From positions 5,056,001 through 5,120,000 of the forward strand of contig OZ241917.1 in the NCBI GenBank assembly GCA_965203805.1: a DNA stretch of 64,000 nucleotides, in the 5' to 3' direction. Positions 58,345-64,000 of this stretch are shown here, in pieces. Numbering within the stretch: the stretch's first letter is position 1; every line of letters begins with the position of its first letter. The stretch comes from Candidatus Latescibacterota bacterium. GTDB taxonomy: Bacteria; Latescibacterota; UBA2968; GCA-2709665. A program made the position numbers and the translations under genes. Below the pieces are notes generated by a model. It saw only the letters and a list, made by a program, of their open reading frames with translations, did no database searches and was not told where the DNA came from.

Positions 58345-58540
58345 CTAACCTTGATTCGTCATTATTCGGAGACGTTAATTCGAGTATATGCAGGTGGATA
58401 AAGGCGATTTGACGTCGGATTTCCAGGATACATCAGGTCACTGGACGTGAACCAAAAGAATGTCCTTCCGGACGACCTTTTCGGCCCGTTTCGGAAGGTT
58501 TCGTCGCGGCGCCGCGTTGTTGCCTTTGTCAAATTAAGGT
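58345..58540 (+). mobile_element. Non-autonomous IS relic (IS1380-like ends, possible transposase N-terminus remnant)
   Basis: CTAACCTTGATTCGTC left end; degenerate TGTCAAATTAAGGTT right end; homologous to 16412-16590; internal GTG ORF LPDDLFGPFRKVSSRRRVVAF. Confidence 0.65.
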
Positions 58541-58965
58541 TGTTCGGGAGAGGAAGTCTCGGCGAGTGCGGGATCTTCTTCAATCCGTTCGGACGGGGCG
58601 TCGCCCCAGAGGCGCTCGAGGCGGTAGAATGCCCGTGCCCTGGGCTGGAAGATGTGTACGACCACGTCGATATAGTCGAACAGAACCCAGGTGCGTGATT
58701 CCTGACCCTCGATATGCCACGGCCTGTAGCCCGCCGCTTTCGTGCCTTCCTGCAACGCGTCTGCCAGGGCTCTTACGTGTACGCCGGAATTGCCCGTGCA
58801 GATGAGAAAGTAGTCCGCGACGTCGGAGACCGTGCGCAGATCGATCAGGAGAAGGTCTTCGCCCTTCCGGGACTGAAGGCATTCGATGCAGAGATCCAGG
58901 ACTTCGCGTATCTGATCGGACAAGGCGGTTCCGTTCCGTGACGGGGTTGAAGGGCTCACCTTCAA
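58534..58965 (-). CDS. rsfS: Ribosome silencing factor
   Basis: K.ED....D......DYF.ICTG.S..HV.A, W...DY.D.VVH.F....R.FY.LE.LW. Confidence 0.95.
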   Translation of the reverse strand: MKVSPSTPSRNGTALSDQIREVLDLCIECLQSRKGEDLLLIDLRTVSDVADYFLICTGNSGVHVRALADALQEGTKAAGYRPWHIEGQESRTWVLFDYIDVVVHIFQPRARAFYRLERLWGDAPSERIEEDPALAETSSPEQP

Positions 58966-59492
58966 TGGATGGTTCGCAGCGGACCCTGTCGCTGCCGATC
59001 GGGGGGAAAGAAGCGCAGGCGGTCGTAATCCCTGCCTATGATTACCGCGACCTGCTCGATGCGATATGGGTCGTGGACGATTTGCTGAATATGCGTGCGC
59101 AGTCCCATTGCGCTTGCCACCCTGCGTGCGTTTTCAAGGTTGCCCGTCCTGTCGATGACCATGGTTTCGGGATAATTGAAGCTATCCGCATTCTTCCACG
59201 TCATAACGTCGAAGCCCGCTTCCCTCAGATAACGCCCCACCTTTTCCGCGACGCCGGAAACGCCGCACCCGTTGAGTACTTCGATGCGGATTCGCCGCAT
59301 CGAATCCGGACCGGCTTTTGCAACAGGCTCCGGTTTCGGTACGGCGAGCGTTGCCGGCGCCGGTGCGGCGGGGCGTTCAGACATTGGATCGACGGAAGGG
59401 GGCTGGGGCGGCAGCCGTCGCTGGATGTCGAAGACGGCGACCGCTGCAAAGGTCAAAACCGCCAGAGCGGCCAGGACGATTTTTCGTGACAT
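58962..59492 (-). CDS. LytR C-terminal domain-containing protein
   Basis: N-terminal TM, IEVLNGCGVSG.A, GFDV...NA, VIIGRDY; typical neighbour of rsfS. Confidence 0.85.
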   Translation of the reverse strand: MSRKIVLAALAVLTFAAVAVFDIQRRLPPQPPSVDPMSERPAAPAPATLAVPKPEPVAKAGPDSMRRIRIEVLNGCGVSGVAEKVGRYLREAGFDVMTWKNADSFNYPETMVIDRTGNLENARRVASAMGLRTHIQQIVHDPYRIEQVAVIIGRDYDRLRFFPPDRQRQGPLRTIH

Positions 59493-59571
59493 CTGCTATG
59501 CCGGAAAAGCGGAACGGGACACTGTCCGGACCAAGTGTCCCGCATATATGGAAGTTACATGGAGGCGAGTT

Positions 59572-60066
59572 TCAATATCGATATCGGCCTCTATGTCTAT
59601 AATAGGGCGAGTTACTCAGCTGAATTTCGATTTGAATGTTCTCCCTGGGCTGGTAGAACATGCCCACGTAGGGAATGACAAGCTTCGTGTTGTTGCCCAG
59701 AGCGGATCCGAAGGCGGAATTTCCCCGAAGAACGTGTTCGAGGCCGACCTGTGCCTCGATCAACAGGGGCTTTGTTGTATTTGCGCGGTAACTGATGGTA
59801 TTCAGATAGTATTGGCTTGCGCCGCCGAAGGCGCCGGAACGGAAGTTGAATCCGACCGTGTTCCTGAACGAAAGCCGGCCGGACTCGAACAGGCCCTTGA
59901 ATTTCTCGCCCAGTCCGAGGGGTTCACGCGAAAAGTCGATTGTCTTCAGGGCGGGGAATTTCGCCGGTTGAGGTTGAGACTTCTGTTCAGCCGACGCCGA
60001 AGAGACCGCAAGGAACAATGTCGCCAGTAAACACGTAATCACTCTCATCGGTTCGTCCTCCTGCAT
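59572..60066 (-). CDS. Secreted hypothetical protein, beta-rich
   Basis: Signal peptide MRVITCLLATLFLAVSSASA; Y.NT.SY and YQP.EN motifs; own promoter. Confidence 0.6.
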   Translation of the reverse strand: MQEDEPMRVITCLLATLFLAVSSASAEQKSQPQPAKFPALKTIDFSREPLGLGEKFKGLFESGRLSFRNTVGFNFRSGAFGGASQYYLNTISYRANTTKPLLIEAQVGLEHVLRGNSAFGSALGNNTKLVIPYVGMFYQPRENIQIEIQLSNSPYYRHRGRYRY

Positions 60067-60103
60067 TCCCGGCCTGTAACGTCGTTTTCAATAGTTGCGA
60101 AAT

Positions 60104-60132
60104 AGAATACGACAATAAAACCGGCATGTCAA
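60104..60132 (-). promoter_or_regulatory. Sigma70-type promoter
   Basis: TTGACA-17 bp-TATTCT. Confidence 0.65.
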
Positions 60133-60304
60133 GGTCTATCAACGTCATTCGGCACGCCACACATTGGACGTTCGAGCGGCGGAATTCGTTCCATAATCCA
60201 TCCGGCGGCGCTGTGGCGCCGCCGGATGGGCGTATTTTCCAACTGCCGCATGCCGGTTGAAGGTCCGCGCCCGCGCCATGCGGAGCGACTTTTTCAACGG
60301 GCTG

Positions 60305-61426
60305 TCAGGCCTTTTCCATGAATTCCACAAACCGATCGAAGAGGTATTCGGCATCGTGCGGGCCGGCGGACGCTTCGGGGTGGTATTGTACGCAGAAGAT
60401 GGGCAGGCGCCTGTGTCTCAACCCTTCCAGGGTATTGTCGTTCAAATTGACGTGGGTGACTTCCACCTCGCGGTGATCCAGCGAATCCGCGTCCACGGCA
60501 AACCCATGGTTCTGGGATGTGATTTCCACCTTGCCGGTATCCAGCTCTCTGACGGGTTGGTTTGCGCCGCGGTGCCCGAATTTCAGTTTGTAAGTCCGCC
60601 CGCCCAGGGCCAGCCCAAGCAGCTGATGGCCGAGGCAGATGCCGAAGGTGGGTCTGGCGTGCATGAGCTGTCGAATGTTCCGCACCGCGTAGGCAAGCGG
60701 CTCCGGATCGCCGGGTCCGTTCGACAGGAAGATTCCGTGGGGGTCGATTTCGAGCAGCTGATCCGCCGGGGCGTCCGCCGGAAAGACCGTGACGTCGCAT
60801 CCGCGGCTGACGAGGTACCGGAGGATGTTCCGCTTGACGCCGAAGTCGTAGACGGCCACCCGGAATCGGGCGTTTCCGGAGTGCGTTTCCGCCCGACCTT
60901 TCTCATAGTCGAACAGGCCCTCGGTCCAGCGGTAGGGTTCGCTGCAGCTGGCCGCGCCGGCAAGATCCCGCCCCACCATGCACGGCGCATTCCGTGCTTT
61001 TTCGATGAGGCTTGAGCGGTCCGCGTCCAGGGTGGACAGGACGCTTTTCATAGCGCCCTCGGTGCGGATGCGCCGCGTGAGGGCTCGCGTGTCGACGCCC
61101 TGTATACCCAGGATGCCGTGGCGTTTCAGGTAGCTGCCGAGGGATTCGCTCGAACGCCAGTTGCTGGGCAGTTCACAGTATTCCCTGACCACGAATCCTT
61201 CCACCTGGGGCCGCCCGGATTCGACGTCGATCGGATTGACACCGTAGTTGCCGATGAGCGGGTAGGTCATCGTGACAATCTGGCCCTTGTATGACGGGTC
61301 GGTGAGGATTTCCTGGTATCCCGTAATGCTGGTATTGAAGACGACCTCGCCCTCGCATTCACCGGACGCGCCGAAGGATTCGCCCTCGTAACAGGTGCCG
61401 TCTTCCAGGGCAAGTATGGCTCTCAT
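60305..61426 (-). CDS. carA: Carbamoyl-phosphate synthase small subunit
   Basis: GEVVFNT..TGYQE.LTDPSY, SNGPGDP, GICLGHQ, QNHGF, QYHPE. Confidence 0.98.
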   Translation of the reverse strand: MRAILALEDGTCYEGESFGASGECEGEVVFNTSITGYQEILTDPSYKGQIVTMTYPLIGNYGVNPIDVESGRPQVEGFVVREYCELPSNWRSSESLGSYLKRHGILGIQGVDTRALTRRIRTEGAMKSVLSTLDADRSSLIEKARNAPCMVGRDLAGAASCSEPYRWTEGLFDYEKGRAETHSGNARFRVAVYDFGVKRNILRYLVSRGCDVTVFPADAPADQLLEIDPHGIFLSNGPGDPEPLAYAVRNIRQLMHARPTFGICLGHQLLGLALGGRTYKLKFGHRGANQPVRELDTGKVEITSQNHGFAVDADSLDHREVEVTHVNLNDNTLEGLRHRRLPIFCVQYHPEASAGPHDAEYLFDRFVEFMEKA

Positions 61427-61474
61427 GTTCGGGTGTGACTCCTGCCGGATGCTTGTTGGTGTCTTCAGCGTAGA

Positions 61475-62794
61475 CTACACGCCATCGGCCGGACCGCATC
61501 CGTCGCGGGCAGGCTCGTGGGTCACGCGTCCCCCGAGAATCGTCAGTACGGCCCTGCCGGTGAGGGTATGCCCATGAAAGGGCGTGTTCCGGGACCTGGA
61601 GCGGAACCTGTTCGCGTCGACGGTCCAGGTGCGGGCCGGATCAATTACCGTAACGTCCGCCGGCGCGCCGGGTGACAGGCTGCCGCCGGGGATCCCCAGG
61701 ATCCGGGCGGGAGTTGCGGTGAGTTTGCGGACGACCTCGGATGCCGGTAGGATTCCGGGCTCAACCAGATAGGTGAAAAACGTCCCCACGGCGGTTTCCA
61801 GCCCCAGGATTCCATTGGGCGCTTCGGGGAAACGCTGGAGTTTTTCCTTAACGGTGTGAGGTGCGTGGTCTGTGGCGAGCGCGTCTATGGTTCCGTCCGA
61901 CAACCCCTCCAGCAGAGCATCGCGATCGTCGGCCGAACGCAGGGGAGGGCTCATCTTTCCCTGGGTACCGTAAACGCGCACGTCTTCGTCCGTAAGCGCG
62001 ACGTGGTGCGGCATGGCTTCGCAGGTAACCGCAAGTCCCTCCGATTTGGCTCGGCGCACGAGATCCACGGCGCGACGAACGCTGATGTGGAGGATATGCA
62101 GGCGCCCGCCGGTTGAGCGTACGAGGTTGATATCGCGCTCAACCATCGCGGATTCGCCTTCGTCCGGCATGCCCTTGATGCCCAGTTCCCGGCACACGGC
62201 GCCTTCGTGCATGTGCCCGCCCCTTGTGAGCGCGAACACCTCTGAGTGCGGGCAGACGGGAAATCCGTGCCGCTCCGACAGGCGCAGAAGATCGCGCATG
62301 ACGGCTTCGGACTCTATCGGGAGGCCGTCGTCCGAGAAGCCCACGGCGCCGGCTTGCAGCAGGGCCTCGACGTCGGTGAGTTCTCCGCCCTGCATCCCTT
62401 TTGTCGCGCAGGCGATCGTGTAGACCCGGGCATCCGCCTGTTCGGCCTTATTCAGGATGGTTTCGACGACGTCGGGACAATCGATCGGCGGGTCGGTATT
62501 GGGGAGGCACGCAACGGCTGTAAAGCCGCCGGCAGCGGCGGCGCGGCATCCGGTTTCCACGGTTTCCTTCTCGGGAAACCCCGGATCCCGCAGGTGAACG
62601 TGCATGTCGATGAGTCCCGGGACGACCAGGTTTCCGGAGACGTCTATAACGTCCGCGTCCGCCGGGGGTTCGATTCCTTCGGCAATACGGTCGATCCGGC
62701 CGTGCCGGATCAGAAGGTCCGACGGCGAATCGATCGCGTTGGCGGGATCGATGACCCGTCCATTTTTGAGGAGAATTGGTGTGGCCGGGCTCAT
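61475..62794 (-). CDS. pyrC: Dihydroorotase
   Basis: DMHVHLRDPG, PNT.P, HSE, H..H.S, PPLR, TDHAPH, S..RNTPF; likely ATG start 62794. Confidence 0.95.
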   Translation of the reverse strand: MSPATPILLKNGRVIDPANAIDSPSDLLIRHGRIDRIAEGIEPPADADVIDVSGNLVVPGLIDMHVHLRDPGFPEKETVETGCRAAAAGGFTAVACLPNTDPPIDCPDVVETILNKAEQADARVYTIACATKGMQGGELTDVEALLQAGAVGFSDDGLPIESEAVMRDLLRLSERHGFPVCPHSEVFALTRGGHMHEGAVCRELGIKGMPDEGESAMVERDINLVRSTGGRLHILHISVRRAVDLVRRAKSEGLAVTCEAMPHHVALTDEDVRVYGTQGKMSPPLRSADDRDALLEGLSDGTIDALATDHAPHTVKEKLQRFPEAPNGILGLETAVGTFFTYLVEPGILPASEVVRKLTATPARILGIPGGSLSPGAPADVTVIDPARTWTVDANRFRSRSRNTPFHGHTLTGRAVLTILGGRVTHEPARDGCGPADGV

Positions 62795-62833
62795 TAGGAA
62801 ACGGGGGTAGGACAATCGGGAATTTTGGTTGCA

Positions 62834-62862
62834 AAGTTACCGGCGGCGGCCATTTCTGTCAA
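62834..62862 (-). promoter_or_regulatory. Sigma70-type promoter for pyrC-carA
   Basis: TTGACA-17 bp-TAACTT. Confidence 0.6.
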
Positions 62863-62968
62863 GCGGATTCCGTAAAAACAAGCGGGATCGGCTTCCCCCG
62901 CTTGCTGATTTGCAGGACGATGCGTATCTTTGCAGCAAACCTGCTTGGGAATCGAATGGAGGTTCGCC

Positions 62969-64000
62969 ATGTTTTCGGTATTTCTGATAGCGTCGCTTAT
63001 TGTGGCGCTGACGCTGGGTCCCGTGTCGGCCACCGCGTCCGAAGGCAATGGGCCGGGCATGTCGTACAACGCACTGCCAGGACCGAAGGACCTTGAGATT
63101 TCGGCGGACGAGGATGAAGCCTTCCTGAATGGGGTGCTGAAGAACATCTTCCCGGAAGGAAGCGAAGGGTTGACGGACGAGCAGAAGGGGATTGCGATTC
63201 TGCGGTACGCGTCGTCGGCGCTCGAACTGAAGAACAACGGGGGGACCGCCACGAAGATCATCAGGGAGGGCTACGCGATCTGCGGCGGGCTGTCGCACGT
63301 GCACCGGGTTCTCTGCCGGATGGTCGGGCTGCCGTCCCGGTATATCGGCGCCTTCAATCTGCGTCCCATTATGGGTAGCCACGCAATCAGCGAGGTGTAT
63401 TACGGCGGGAAGTGGCGCCTGCTGGACCCCACGTTCGGTATTTTCTTCTATTCGAAAACGCAGTATGACGGCACCGGTGAGATTCCGTCATTCCACGATC
63501 TGGTGACGTCGCCGGGCCGGTGGACCGCGTTCAAGGTGGTGGAGAGGCCGTGGATCGGCCGGTACGACGATACGGTGCGGTCCTTCGGGGTTGCGCCGGT
63601 GGAGGCAGACTACCTGAAAGATGTGTATCGAACGCCGATTATGGACCTCTATCGAAAGTACGTGGCAGAGACGTTTCCGGTTGCATACGGACACCGCGAT
63701 CCGGTGTCCTACCCGGTCGACGCGGACCTGAGAGAAGGGGAAGAATTCCGCGTGGGCGGCGTGGACGCGAACGTCGGCGACGTGCTGAGGATGGTGACGA
63801 ACGGAACCGGGTACGTGGGCGGGCACTATCTGGGCGGGAACTATCCGCCGGGGTTCCATACATGGTCGGTCCGGACGCCGGGGCCATGTCGTTTGCGGAT
63901 CGAGTATTTCAGTACCCAGGACGACCCGCCCGGCCTCGAGCCGTCTCCGTTGAAGGCGGCACGAGTCGTTTCGGTTCGGAAGGAGGACAGAAGGGTCGTC
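62969..64000 (+). CDS. Secreted transglutaminase-like domain protein, partial (runs off right edge)
   Basis: GGAGG RBS; MFSVFLIASLIVALTLGPVSA signal; GYAICGG....CR.VGLPSR, SHAISEVYYGGKWRLLDPTFG Cys-His-Asp triad. Confidence 0.8.
   Translation, partial: MFSVFLIASLIVALTLGPVSATASEGNGPGMSYNALPGPKDLEISADEDEAFLNGVLKNIFPEGSEGLTDEQKGIAILRYASSALELKNNGGTATKIIREGYAICGGLSHVHRVLCRMVGLPSRYIGAFNLRPIMGSHAISEVYYGGKWRLLDPTFGIFFYSKTQYDGTGEIPSFHDLVTSPGRWTAFKVVERPWIGRYDDTVRSFGVAPVEADYLKDVYRTPIMDLYRKYVAETFPVAYGHRDPVSYPVDADLREGEEFRVGGVDANVGDVLRMVTNGTGYVGGHYLGGNYPPGFHTWSVRTPGPCRLRIEYFSTQDDPPGLEPSPLKAARVVSVRKEDRRVV

Overview
High-GC bacterial chromosomal window. The gene content (many Gfo/Idh/MocA, enolase-superfamily and sulfatase genes, an NHL/FG-GAP surface protein ending in a Pro linker and DFNGDG motif, near-consensus sigma70 promoters) suggests a Latescibacterota/Gemmatimonadota-like, possibly host- or sponge-associated organism; this is inference only. 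Housekeeping genes (lepA, lepB, hemW, thrB, lon, rsgA, two lolC/E-type permeases, mutY, aroC, mtnA, rsfS, carA, pyrC) alternate with orphan catabolic operons and small accessory blocks. Main things the ORF track misses: (1) a SelW/Rdx-type selenoprotein at 32270-32506 (-) with CxxU, a SECIS-like hairpin, an RBS and a promoter; (2) a >1500-aa secreted NHL/Ig/FG-GAP/ASPIC mosaic protein running off the left edge and a transglutaminase-like protein running off the right edge; (3) two paralogous fused MNT-HEPN genes sandwiching phoX; (4) a PIN + unknown-partner pair flanked by a deleted duplicate of the menC locus; (5) a frameshifted GAF/wHTH signalling pseudogene facing an Asp->Asn receiver AraC regulator; (6) at least three families of small non-autonomous repeats, including a ~193-bp MITE with CTAN target duplications sitting on stop codons, an IS1380-like relic, and a hairpin element flanked by heptamer arrays. 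No rRNA, tRNA, CRISPR array or intact transposase was seen.
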